NCBI RefSeq assembly: GCF_009914755.1
Contig: NC_060934.1
DNA: 64,000 nt
DNA from: the human T2T-CHM13v2.0 reference genome, Homo sapiens
Direction: 5' to 3' (one strand)
Part shown: in pieces, positions 20,401 to 33,428 of the stretch
Layout: each line of letters opens with the position of its first letter
Position numbering within the stretch: the stretch's first letter is position 1
Notes under the pieces: model-generated
The model's input: only the letters and a program-made list of their open reading frames with translations
Database searches by the model: none
Told to the model about the DNA's origin: nothing
Program-made: the position numbers and the translations under genes

Positions 20401-22539
20401 CTGTTTTTTGGGGCTTCAGGAAGATGTTTTCTGGCCTTTTGGGTCTACTGGTGCTCCTGCAGGAAGGCTGCAGTTCTTAACAGCACATGGGGAGCCCTCA
20501 TCTGGTGTTTGGCTTAATTCCTGGTGCCTGGATTTCTGGAGAGAGGTGTGATCAATGTGGCCAAGAACATCCTTTTCCACCCATGTTGGAGAGATCGCTG
20601 TGTGGATCTGGTCCCTACAATTTAGAAGCAGCTTTTCACCTTGATGCTCAAATGACCATGCTTAACCACTACTTGCCCTGCATCCTTTTCACCAGCTGAG
20701 ATTCCCAGCAAGCAGTAGGCTCCCATCCTGGACTCCAAGGAGACAACTCTTCCCTGCGCCTTCACCTGGAAAGCTGTTGCCCTTTCTTCCCAGATCACGA
20801 TCACAAGACTCCAAATTACCGAGTGGGGTCCAACGAGGTGGGACTGTAAGGAACATGTCCTGTGGACATTACCTTCACTGTTCTCATGAGTGGGATGGGA
20901 AGAAAAGAGTCCTCCCCTTCCAATTGGTGGATTTTCTGGGCTTGGAAGGAGGAAAACAAAAACAAAAACAACCAAACAGAAAATAACTATTACCTGAATT
21001 ATTATGAAACTTCAGAGAAAACTACTTATTTGAAGAAAATAAAATACGATTTATGTTGTTGAATTTGCATTGCCAGAAAGTTTCCAGTGTCCTTACTACA
21101 ATTTTTTTTTCACCATCAAGTTTGGTCAGAATCTCACAGCTCAGAGAAAATTATGGAGGAATAATAAGATCTAGAGCAGTGCTTCTCGTATCTTATGTGT
21201 GAAGAATCTTTTATTAATTTGTTTAATTTCCAGACTGACAGTTTTGTAAAATGCCTTATTAGAAAAAATTTTAAAAATAAAGAAATAAAAAGTCAAGCCC
21301 CAAATATTGTATTTTAACACCCTAAAATTTCATTTCAATAAATATAATCAAAGTAACATAACAGGAATAAAAGAATTACACAAACTGAACACATTATTCA
21401 TTGAAATAAGCATAGTTGCAATTAATATAGATAATTCTGTTAAACTTATGTCATTCTGCAATCATAATGTTATAAGTTATGAAAAATAGCAATCTCCTAT
21501 ATTAGAATACCTCTAAGAGCACTTTCAACAAATGCCGTATTTATCAATATTTAAATATTTTAGTGTGTCAAAAAAATTGCATCTTACCTATGGACTTTTC
21601 TGATCTGGACTGAGTGGGGGTGACGAAATGGCTCACAGGGCATGTGTAATATGTCTATATGATTTATTTTAATAATACTCACAGCAGAGAAACCTCTCAG
21701 AGATTTTGAAAGCAATTTTATTAAGCTCTGGATATTTATTTCAACGTTCCATCAATGACAGTTCCAACAAGTTAGCTTCTTAAGTTATAGTTATATTGAA
21801 ATCATCTTTCAAAGGAAATGCACTAAGGATTTACTAGACTTTGAGGTTACAATTGCAGAACCAATCTTAAAATATGCCATACTGTAAGGTGGTCCTACTG
21901 TGCATGGCTAATGCTGGGGTCAGACTCAGGAAACGCTGATCAATTTTTAGAGAGCAGGTCTCTACCCTGATCAACCACAGGGGTCCACTGATCACACCTG
22001 GAGGTCCTGGCAATGTCAAATTGCTCTAGGAGTGTGCACCTGAGTCTCAACTTTGATATTATTCCCTTTATCAAATAATACTGGATTACAGAGCATTCAA
22101 CGCAAAGAGAAATATCTTTCTGATTTTCTCTCTGGCTTGAGCATCTACCTTAATCATATTCACTAAATTAATGGAATTCTGCCCACATGTCTTTTACACA
22201 AAAGAACTGTGAATTTAAAATGCAGCCGTGGTGTTACTCACAAGTGCCCACATCCCAAGTCAGATCCACAAAGAAATGAAATACTCTCCATACTCAAACC
22301 CCCTTTGCCCTTTTTTTTTCAGTTGATTTTCATATTTATGTTATCTATCAGAAGCTTAATAATTCTCGCTCTGTGAAATTATGTTTATGACAGTGCTGTG
22401 AATTCTCGGGTGGTATTTACTGCAGAGTGGTAGACCCCTGTCAATGCAGCTCTGGCTCTGGCAGAAATGCCAGCATTACACTGTAGCCCATGGCAGACTC
22501 TACTATCCTCAGCACCACACAAGAGTCAGCAGTCACCAC

Positions 22540-23220
22540 CTCCCGAGAGAGTCAGTCACCCTCAGCCTTGGAGCAGCAACTCACCCTCTGCGTGCTACAA
22601 ATCCCCCGGGCTGGAAGTCCTGGCTCCAAGCCTGCGAGCTTCCCGGGTGTTGACCTGCGCCTAAGTCCTTAAGTGACTCTGTCCTCGAAGGAACGCACTT
22701 TTAAACAGTCCCTTTGTCCAAAGAGGCAAGAGTTTTGCCCTTCGGTGGTGTGAACCTACAGTACTCCCCATGCCCTGTGTTTTCCGGGTGAACTCGGAGA
22801 CCAGGGGCTGTGATGCGAGCTCCAGCCTCGCTGCAGGAGAGGAAGGCTCTTCCTAGAATGTGGTGGTAGTGCTGACAGGTGATTGTTTCTCACTGCTGGT
22901 GAAAGCGCCATCAAAGCCCCCACTTTCTGAAATGGTAGTTCTGGTTTCCTCACAGACTTACGTGTGCGCTTGCAACATTAAAGTTTTCTTCTCTCCTGGG
23001 AAAAAATACAGTATCTCATTGTGCCTCTCAGCAGTGCTTCTACCCGGTGACCTCTTTGCCAGGGCCGAAGCTGAGCCTGGATAGGATCACCTGGCGCACG
23101 GGGATGGGACAGGCAGGCACACAGGAAAGAACCACTGTCCTGTGCTCCCAGGTGACCTTTTGCCAGGAGAAAGAATCCTCCAAGGGAGCGGAAAAAGTCA
23201 AGACCTCCAGGAACGTGTGT
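22540..23220. promoter_or_regulatory. CpG-enriched non-repeat segment, candidate promoter/enhancer
   Basis: Roughly 20 CpGs counted by eye in ~680 bp, well above the flanks. Minus-strand consensus donor CAC|GTAAGT at 22956-22961. Confidence 0.35.
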
Positions 23221-23419
23221 GTCTCACACCAGAATCTTTAATGCCTTCAAATCACAGACCAAGTTTCTTTTTTCCAGGGACTTGGGTGATGGCCAGGGTT
23301 TATTGACACAGAAATGGAAACAGACCATTCTTTAAGTTCACTGAGGTCCTGAAACAATAATCTTCTCAGGATGCTCAATGTGAAGATTTTCTTTTTGGTG
23401 TGTTTCTTCTCTTAAGGCG

Positions 23420-23890
23420 ATATTGGTAAGTTTGAGATTGCTACTGGATTGCATTTGCTGATGTTTTAAGTTATTTTGCATTTCATCAGGAGTATTAGTC
23501 TGCATTTCCTCTAAGCCCTAAGATTTTGATATCGATGATATGCTTACCTTAAAGCAAGTTGGGAATGTCCCCCCTCCCACTTTTTTTTTTTTTCACTTAC
23601 TTACTGAAAGAGTTCATGTGAGATTGGTATTATTTCTCCCTCAAATGTTAAAATTCACCAGCAAAATCTTGTGTACTAGAAGATGTCTTTATAACATGAC
23701 GTTTAATGACAATTCCTTTAATGAATTTTGAACTGTACAGATTTTCTATTTCTCTGGGTCCAAATTGGTAAGTTGTGTTTTTCAAAAATTTAAAGAGCAG
23801 TTTGTCCATTTCATCTAAGTAGTCAAATTTAGTGGCATAAAATTGTTCCTAATATTCCTTTACCTTTTGCTAGCTGTAGTATCTGTTATG
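23420..23890 (-). mobile_element. Old L1M ORF2 fragment
   Basis: Degenerate reverse-complement ORF2 motifs (gttgggaatgtccccc; ttgtccatttcatctaagt...ggcataaaattgttc). Confidence 0.6.
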
Positions 23891-24239
<349 letters not shown>

Positions 24240-26455
24240 TGAAAAAGCCAGTGACTGGTATTCAAATGTCATTTACTTAGAGCATTTGCAAATCAGCACT
24301 GGTGCTCACTGATCAGCTTGCTGCCCTTCAGCTGAGCCACCTCAGTTTTGCGCAACCACGTCAGAGTGGAGGAAGAATGCTAACAAGACTGGTTTACAGA
24401 GGGTCTGTGCATCCTTACTGCATGTGTAGCTTCTTAAAGTGACTATAGAATTTGAATGCATGTTTGCCTTATATTCCCTTTATTTTATCATCTTACCTCC
24501 TATTTTCTACCCTATCCCTCATAGCATATTTCTTGTTTGCTAATCCAGCTTCAAGTGCTTCAGGTTCCACTCAGGTTCTCTGAGGCATACAGGGATCCAT
24601 ATTTCAGTGCATGCATGAGACAGTATGACTCTGTCCATGGGAACCTCTGGTTTATGTGTGGCAGGAGTGGCAGGGCTCCTGTAGCCCACATACCAAAGCA
24701 ATATTTGATATGCAGAGCCCAAACAGACCCAAATTCCCCCTAGATTAATGAGGAATGAATAACTGTCTGAAGAGTTACGGGCAAGGATTCACAAATTTGC
24801 TAACACTAAGTCAAACTTATCATTAGAATGCTATCATTTTGCCTTTCCAGCCAATTATTTTTCACTTTCCTTGTTATTTCCTCTCAGAGACTATCAGAAT
24901 GCACTCCATGGGCCCGACCAATTCCTTTCTCACTTATCATGTGAGTACTCCACTCAGTGAAACTGAAACCCCTCAAATTGTACCCATCTATTACTCACAA
25001 AGCCTGCACCTTGTGGGTAGTTAGCTAATTCTTCTACTTCTGCATAAGATGTTCTTTGCTGCCTTTGGTTCTTGGTGACTTGCTCCTTAGCTTGTCTGGG
25101 CAATGTCTCCCTCTCTGTGACAGGTTTCCTCTCTTTCTTGAACATGTCAAACACTCGATAACTATTAACTGGATACCATCCCATGCTCAGGCTAGTTAGA
25201 TAAGCTAACGGATATTTGACTTGAAAAGAGCATTGGGGTTGAAATTCAGGAAACATGGACTTGTAGGCACTATTTTATTATTTTTGTATCCTTCCAGAGC
25301 CATCCTTCCTGAGCTATGAAATTGAGGAAGTGGGAATGATTTAGAAGGAGAATTTCCAAGACGCATTTCCAGACTTATAACAACTATTAGCATACTTTGC
25401 AATTTAAGATAGTACATGTGTCACAATTATTTTTACATTGTTTTGGTAAGGTACTTTATCAAAATTATATCCATAGTAGCAGATAAGGATGATTATTTAT
25501 TTCAACAAATTCCTAGAGAGATCACTGCACACAACACTACTGAATGATCAGTTTTATATAATGAGAGAAAAAAGTTCAACTTTTCCTTTTCATTTTTTTC
25601 TACTTTTGTGTAGAGAAAGTATAAATAGAGGACACATTTGCCTTGTTACTTTCAAGTAACATTGGCAATTGTTTTAGAAATTGGCTCTTTGTAGAAAAAC
25701 AGATTTAATAAAGATCAAAGCTACCTTAGAAAATTTCCTTTATCGACACTTTTGTAAAAAAAATAGCAAGTTAGTCAAATTTTCCAGTCTCCTAATGTAA
25801 CTAAATGGTCCCTGTGGATTCCATTCCACTTTGGTTTAAAAGGATATTAAAGAGGTAAGCATAATTCCTGCAACCTTACAAAGCCATTTAGTAATGAACA
25901 ATTTATGCTGAAGTGGGAAACTCACATAAAAGAATCAATTTTTGATATGAAAAAGAATAACTTTGTAACATGCAGAAAGAACACGACTTTCAAATTCTTG
26001 AAATTATAGTACAAAAGAAATCCTAAAGGGCCAAACATGGTATTCCTGATAGATAACTACAGCAATAACATCCGTATGATAAAATAAATGTTATTTTTGG
26101 TGACAATGCATTTTCTTTTCCAACTGATCTGTATTCCCCTGTCACACATATGTAAAACTGAATGATTTCTGAATGTGTAATTAAATCATTCCTTGCTTGG
26201 CATATCATCCTGCCAGAAAACTTAGAAATATCAATATCTTTGTTGTGAAGCATATGAAAAATGGCAGTATAAAATCCTTTGTGATCTTAAACAAATATTA
26301 TTTCCATATGTCTGTGTGTACATGTGTATTGCCAAATGCATCGTAGTAATTTATTTTCAAATGTTAGGAGCAAGGTAGAGACTTTATCACCACTCTTAGT
26401 CAAAGACAAATATAAAAGAACATGGTTACAATTCATACCACTATTTTAAAAAAAC

Positions 26456-26748
26456 TTTTTTTTTTTTTTGAGACAGAGTCTCACTGTGTCGCCTAGGCAA
26501 GAGTGCAGTGGTGTAGTCTTGTCTCACTGCAACCTCTGCTCCTGGGTTCAAGCAATTCTTCTGCCTCAGCCTCCCAAGTAGCTGGGGCTACAGGCACCTG
26601 CCAACACACCCAGCTACTTTTTGTATTTTTAGTAGAGACGGGGTTTCACTATGTTGGCCAGGCTGATCTCGAACTCCTGACCTCATGATCTTCCCACCTC
26701 AGCCTCCCAAAGTGCTGGGATTACAGGCATGAGTCACCGCACCCAGCC
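26456..26748 (-). mobile_element. AluS SINE
   Basis: Reverse-complement Alu; TSD aaaaaaactttt on both sides. Confidence 0.95.
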
Positions 26749-27544
26749 AAAAAAACTTTTATAAAATACATTTTGGATGCAGTATTCAGACTTCAACAAC
26801 TAGAGCCTCATGCCATTAATTCAGATAATGTGGATGAACTGAATGGAATAGCTAATGTAAATTTATAGCAAAAGTGAATAAAATAATATGCTTCATAGTG
26901 TTTACTTGCATCCAAAGACTCTAAATGGTTTACACTGAAGAAAGAGGTAAGTTCATGGAAACACCAGTCCACATTTAATTCATATAAATAAATACTTGGA
27001 AAATGTTAGAGGTGAAAGATTTTAGAAATTTGCTTTACTTTAGGATAGTACTCTATTCTTACCAAATCATGGTCACTTTTTTTTCTCTGAATCATCCATG
27101 TATCCTTTATAGATGTGCACTGCTGCTCATTTGGAGGTTTCCATAAAGACAATGAGGATAAAGAAGAATGTATTCACTCTGGCTAAATAAATTCTTTTGA
27201 TGATGTATCAGTTTGTCCTTGTCTTCTAGAAAATGACGGGACATTAATATTAGTATGTCATAAATTAGTATTGTTACATCTTATTTTTTTAACAAAAATG
27301 TTCTAAAATGGTCTTTTTAAAACTTTTTAAATTAGAAAATATTACCATATAACCTTGTCAATACTATTAGTTTTTTTTTTATAAACCTTCTTTTACATAC
27401 ACAGGAAAACAATGAACTAAGTTCTGAATGTATCATCTATAATACAAAAGGAATTGTAGCTTATGGCTGGTATAATATTTTGCTGTTATTTCCTCTAATT
27501 TCTACTCCAAAATAGAGTCACAAGTTTTTTATAAAAACATCTTT

Positions 27545-28700
27545 GTACTCTAGGTTCCAACTCTAACATGTAAAGAGTTTTGAAATCATCAACCTTATCC
27601 TTACAACAGGAATAAAGCTGAAGACACTGAAAATCAACAACTTTTCTGGGACCCTTCGGACAACTGCAGTCACAAGGTAAACTACCATTTTTAAATATGG
27701 AGACAGAGGAATACAGAGTACAACTGACATCAGCTTACCTGGAGCAGGAACCACGGAACTAAAAAGTGGATGGATCACCTGAATGGTAATTCAGATAAAT
27801 TGCTGTAAGTTGAGTGTGACATAGCTCAAGAATAAAAACTCCTTGGAGTCACAGTCTTAGAAGGGGTTCTGCATATTCAGAGGTTTTTACCTCCAAGAAC
27901 CCCACCAAGTTCTCATCATGAAGAGCCAAGAAAAATCATCTCGTGTCTTTGGCAGGGGGAGGAGAAAAGTAACCACTTTGAAATATGACAGTTTTTTTCT
28001 TGTAACAAAGTCCTATGCTCCACTGAAAAATATTTTATCAGAGCCTTATCTTATGTTGACAGAAGGGCAGTTACCCAGTTCCAGCCACCCATAGCCTTTC
28101 TGTCTTACCTAAGTGGGGATGAAAAAAAAGGTGAAAGCTCTTGTGAAAGTCACAGCCCACATGGAAAGACCTGCTAAAAAACTGAAATTTAATCACAAGA
28201 TTACAGAATTCTCTTTTCTCCCATTCCTTGCTACCAAATCAATGGGCATCTAGTATAATAACAGTGGATTTGTAGCCAAAAGATCTGCAAACTTAGACTC
28301 TATTTAAGAATGAGCTCTTAGGGAAACCTAAAGACAACACCAGAGAAAAAAACAAGGACATTAAAAGAATTGAAAGACTCTGACACATACAGCTACAGAA
28401 AACATTGGACACAGCCCAAATCCTAGCCAGGTTAAGATACAACCTCACACTAAAGGCCTATGTGTCTCATTCTCTTTTCCAAATATATGCATATAGCTTT
28501 CAATAACAACAAAAAAACTCAAGGTATGCTAAAAAGTAGGAAAAACACAGAAAATACAAAGCAAGCATTAAACCAAGACTCAGATTTGACAGAAATGTTG
28601 GACTTAGAGATGGAATGTAAAATAACTATGGTTCATATTTTAAGGGTCCTAATGGAAAAAAAGTAGACATTATGTAAAAACAGAGATAATGTAAGCAGAA
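27545..28700 (+). mobile_element. Old L1 (L1M4/L1MC-like) 5'UTR and ORF1 start
   Basis: 5'-end motifs (ccttacaacaggaataaagctgaagacactgaaaatcaacaac) and ORF1-start motifs (aaccaagactcagatttgacagaaatgttgg; aatgtaagcag). Confidence 0.6.
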
Positions 28701-29411
28701 ATTTGACATTGAAAAATAGACACAAGAACCAAGTTAGGATTAAATATTAGGGTCCACCTGTTGCTAAAGCCCTAAATTGACCCTGGCTCATGTACAGATC
28801 TCCTTTAACTCCACTCAATCCTGCACTTTGGGGCTGCATGTGTAGCAAGACTTGGGTCTATAGAATTGTACAAGATATAGTTAATTTGCAGTTGGACTAG
28901 AGCAGCCCTGTGCTTATCTCTGGGGAACATGGAAATCTAGTGCTGACTCTTGGCCAAGATAAGGGTAGTGGAATAAATAATCATTTATAGAGTGCAATTT
29001 AAACTTTGAAACTCCTATGGTGGCACTCAGGCCCAGCTTAATTATTGATGGTTTTCACCAGCATAATTAGCTAGAAAGCCTTTGTTGTCTATATAATCAA
29101 ACTGTTAGGGAGCTCCCCCCTAAACCAAGGTTTCCTGTACAAACCTTGTCATCTAATTTGAAGGCAAACTATTTCTTTGTGGGCCTAAGGATGACCCTGA
29201 AGAGCTATGTCTGGGAGAATCTAAGGGCTCTGACACTTGCTGGCATTATCTTGCACTCTATCTCTTGCACTCTATCCTTTGGCTTGAATACTCTGTGGGA
29301 TCTTAGAAGTCCTTTCAATGATCTGATCAATGAACTTCATAAAAATAAATATTTTTTAGGCTAACTAATTGGAAGTTCACAGACTGTTCATATCCTCTCA
29401 CAATATTCAAA

Positions 29412-29585
29412 CTGGTGAAATCTTCATACTGACAAACCATCATAATTGTTTAGGTAGATAAAAAATGCAAATTTTGGAGCTTCATTAGAACTAGAATCAG
29501 AAGGTCCAGGGTAGAGCCTGGGAACTTGTATTTGTGGAACTCTGCCTAGATTGTCCTGATGATTAGCCAGTTGTGTGAACCACTG
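29412..29585. mobile_element. MER5-like hAT-Charlie remnant
   Basis: aatgcaaatt...gaatcagaa...gcctgggaacttgtattt...gaaccactg. Confidence 0.55.
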
Positions 29586-30185
29586 ACCCACACCCTGGAG
29601 CTCCTTGGTTACCCTCAAGCTCCATTAAGGGTGTCGTGTAGCAGGAACATGTTTTGTCTGCTGGGAAACCACATGGGTTAAAAAGTACAGTATAAATGAA
29701 TTGAAACCAAAGAAAATACTGGGTTAAGCACTTAGTGCATACTGTTTTTTAAACTTTTACATTAAATTGCTTGGCATGACATAATGTACATAAATGTTGC
29801 AATCAACCTCTAAATAGGAATACTGTAAAAATTGTTACAAATATTGTCCAAACTAGTAGAAAGGAAATGTAACTATTATACAATGATATAGGTCATATCT
29901 TATAACCAGGAAAAGTATTGTGTCTGAGAGACAATGGTGTATACACACTTAGAGCCATGGCAGCCATCCTAGGCTTGTAACATCAATGGTGGCCCAGAAA
30001 TAATTTTGGGACTTTTTTTTCTCATCATGGCAAAGAGCCCGCTTTCAGGAACCAGGTTTCAGGAGCATTTGTGCCACCACTGACAATAGGTCAAACATTT
30101 CTAAAATGACTTTATTTTTCAGAGGTACATTTCTGCTTCATTTTGTTTCAGTTTAAATGGTAGTATTATGAGATACTTTTATTTA

Positions 30186-30521
30186 CAATTGTCCCTTGGT
30201 ATCCATGAAGGATTGATTCCAGGATCCCACCTGAATACCAAAATTCAGGAATTCTCAAGCTCCTGATATAAAATGGCCTGGTATTTGCATATAACCTACC
30301 ACTATCCTCTGATACAATTTAACTTATCTCTAGATTACTTATAATACCTAACAAAATGTAAATCCTAGGCAAATCATTGTTATACTGTATTGTTTTGGGA
30401 ATAATGACAAGGAAAAAGTTTGTACATGTTCAGTACAGATGCAATTTTTTTTCTGAATATTTTTGATCCATGGTTGGTTGAATCCACAGGCAGGGAACCC
30501 TCAGATGTGGAGGGCTGACTG
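30186..30521 (+). mobile_element. MER2 (Tigger-family) DNA transposon
   Basis: ca(a)ttgtcccttggtatccatg ... gatgtggagggctgactg terminal inverted repeats, flanked by TA. Confidence 0.85.
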
Positions 30522-31454
30522 TATTTATTTTTATTTTCTGCTATGCTGAAATGAGCAAACAGAGAAGGGAGAACCTAAGCATTAATATCTGAATAGCAGT
30601 TAAGTGCTGTGATTAAGAGCCTTGATTTTAGACCTGCCTGCAGGCTGTGTAATTCAAGTCCTAGCATTGTTACTTATTGCTGTGGGACCTAGGACAAAGT
30701 TCTTTATCCTCTTCCTGTCTTTCTCACCTCAGATGCAAGATGCAAACAACAAGATCTCATGTTTGTTTCAGGAATATATGACTTAAAAATATATAGTGTT
30801 TTGAAAGCAATGGTAATTATTTAGTAATTACACAGTAATAGCTACTTCAGTAAGTGTTAGCTTTGTAATAATTATTGATGCAGCCTCTCCCATCCTTAAC
30901 CACAACCTCCCTTACTCCTCCTCCCTCTCCAAACTATTTTGGTCCAGAGGAAAAAACTAATTAATCTAACCAGTCTATACAATACAAGGTGTACTTGAAA
31001 CTAATTCCAAAGAAGCCATAAAGATGAGGGCCAAAAATGAACAAACCTGGCAAAAGGAAAATATTCCGTTCCTAAAAAAAACATGTAATACTTTTAGTCT
31101 CTCTTACAAAGTGGAAATGCAAGAAATCTCTCTTATGATTGAGTTAAATATGAGCATCTATAATTCTAAGACATATTTATTTTGATGGGTTTTGTTGATC
31201 TTTATGTACAGGTAGAAAGAAAGAAACTATTTTTGATGAAGAACTGAAGTATTATTCTCTGAGAAATAATTCTGAGCCAGGACTGAGAATCTAGTTAGTC
31301 TGTGGCATTTGAGAAATAAATTTGGGTTTTAAAAACATGAATTATAAATGTTTACATTTCGGATTCTGGGTATAAATTTGAAGCTATAGAAATAACCAAA
31401 AGTGAAAAAGAGTGGTAGTAGTTCATAATTTGCTCTAATTACATATATCAAATC

Positions 31455-31860
31455 AATGGCCTGGTAGGAAGCAAGAGGGTTCACTCAGAAGATTTAAATT
31501 AACAATGGTTTATTAAAGCGGAGCTATTTACAGATCTGTGAGCGCGGTTCAAGGAATGAACAAGGCACAGTGAGACACTCAGCTGCTGGAGCCAGGGAGG
31601 AAGGGGCAAAGAGACGGTGGAAGCTGAAAGAGACAGAGAAAAAGCTACGGAAGCCGACCCCCCAGCAGCTGCTGCCAGCTGCAGGTGTGCAGGAAGTGAG
31701 TGCTGTTGTGTGGGAGGAGATGGCAGAGTGGTGATGATACCCAAACTGCCTTCTTCTTTTTCCTTCTACTTTATTACCCACTCCCTGCCAACACCTCCCA
31801 TTACTGACCCAACAAGAAGCCAGAGAGTTAGGAAGCAGCCCAAATAGGGCACCAAGTCAG
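31455..31860 (-). mobile_element. Old ERVL-type LTR (LTR33/LTR16/LTR41-like)
   Basis: 'cctcccattactgacccaacaagaagccagagag' and 'gctatttacag' motifs typical of these LTRs. Confidence 0.45.
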
Positions 31861-33134
31861 GTAGATGAACAAAAAATAAACTTCTCATCCTTCTGAGATT
31901 CTACTAGCAGTATCATTGACCCCTGTTTGTGCCTCAGATAGAGACTTTGGATTTAAGGGAAGCTACGTTATGCTGAGGTATAGCCGTTCCTGCCCTGTGT
32001 ATTTATCCTACTTTAAATCCTTAGCCAAACTGGAATTTAATCTAATGTTACATTGGAGGTGTGTCTGTTACACAGAAACAGTCCAATCCATATGGGTAAA
32101 AAACTGATATAAATAAATCCATGGGAAATGGTTGGTTAAGCACTTAATATATCCTTAAAATTTAAAGAAAAAATTTGCAATTAAATTTAAATTACTGTAT
32201 TAAAGTACTATAATCTTGTTGATAATTTAGGGGAGTGTTTAGCGGCTTGACTTTTGCTCAACAAGAGATTTTCTTGGTAGCTCTTACTAATCTACATTAT
32301 TTCTCTTCTGGCCTTTTCAGGCATATGACAATCTCAAAAGATTGTTTTTCTGAGGCTAAATACAAGAAAACTCTACCACAGTGAAGAAAAAAAGCATAGA
32401 TTTCGGAAATAGAAACTATAGGTTTGATACTAACTGCTGCATACATGCAATCTTTGGAAAATTGTTTACAGTTTTATAATGTCAATATCATCTACAAAAA
32501 TTTAAAGAACCCAACTTTACCTCTAGGTCTGTAGTTAGGATTAAATAAGATAAATTATATAAAAATGTCTACTGCAGTGCCTAGATCATAGCATGTCTTC
32601 AAAAAAGTTTTCTTTCTTCTGACAAAATTTTCTAATCACCTACTTTAGGCCCTTTTTCAGAGAATATACTTCAAATTAGAACATGAAGTCTTCTAAATTG
32701 TGCCTATGTCTGAGTAGATGCTGCATAACTATAATGCTGTATTGAACAGAATTGAATCTTTGCCCCAAAGCATAGGATTTTTGCTTGTAGTAAAATGGAA
32801 TAAACATATAGGCACATAAAAATATACTCTACATATGAGTAGGAAGAAAGTAAGAGCTGTGGGATATTCTAGTACAGGGTGAGTATCAAGAGCTAACAAG
32901 ATGGTGAAGCCCTCACAAAAGAGATGAGGCTAAAGCTGGGTCTAGAAATATTGGAAGCATCTGGACACACATACCATATAGGGAAGGTTATTCCAGACCT
33001 GGGGAATTTCCTAAGCAAAGTAGCAGAGAAGAGTAAGCAAGGTATGTTTCGACAAATTAATAAATGAGGCCGACTTGAAAGGAAGGTTCATGGAATAGAG
33101 TAAGAATGGCTGCCTGGTAAATAAGAATTGGTTT

Positions 33135-33428
33135 GGCCAGGAGTGGTGGCTCACACCTGTAATCCCAGCACTTTGGAAGGCTGAGGCAGGCAGATCACAA
33201 GGTCAGGAGAACGAGACCATCCTGGCCAATATGGTGAAACCCTGTCTCTACTAAAAATACAAAAATTAGCTGGGTGTGGTGGCGTGCCTATAATCTCAAC
33301 TACTTGGGAGGCTGAGGCAGGAGATCGCTTGAATCAGGGAGTTGGAGGTTGCAGTGAGCTGAGATCACACCACTGAACTCCAGTCTGGTGACAGAGTGAG
33401 ACTCTGTCTCAAAAAAAAATAAAAATAA
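33135..33428 (+). mobile_element. AluS (Sc-like) SINE
   Basis: ggccaggagtggtggctcac...A-tail; 15-bp TSD aaataagaattggtt (33119-33133 / 33423-33437). Confidence 0.95.
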
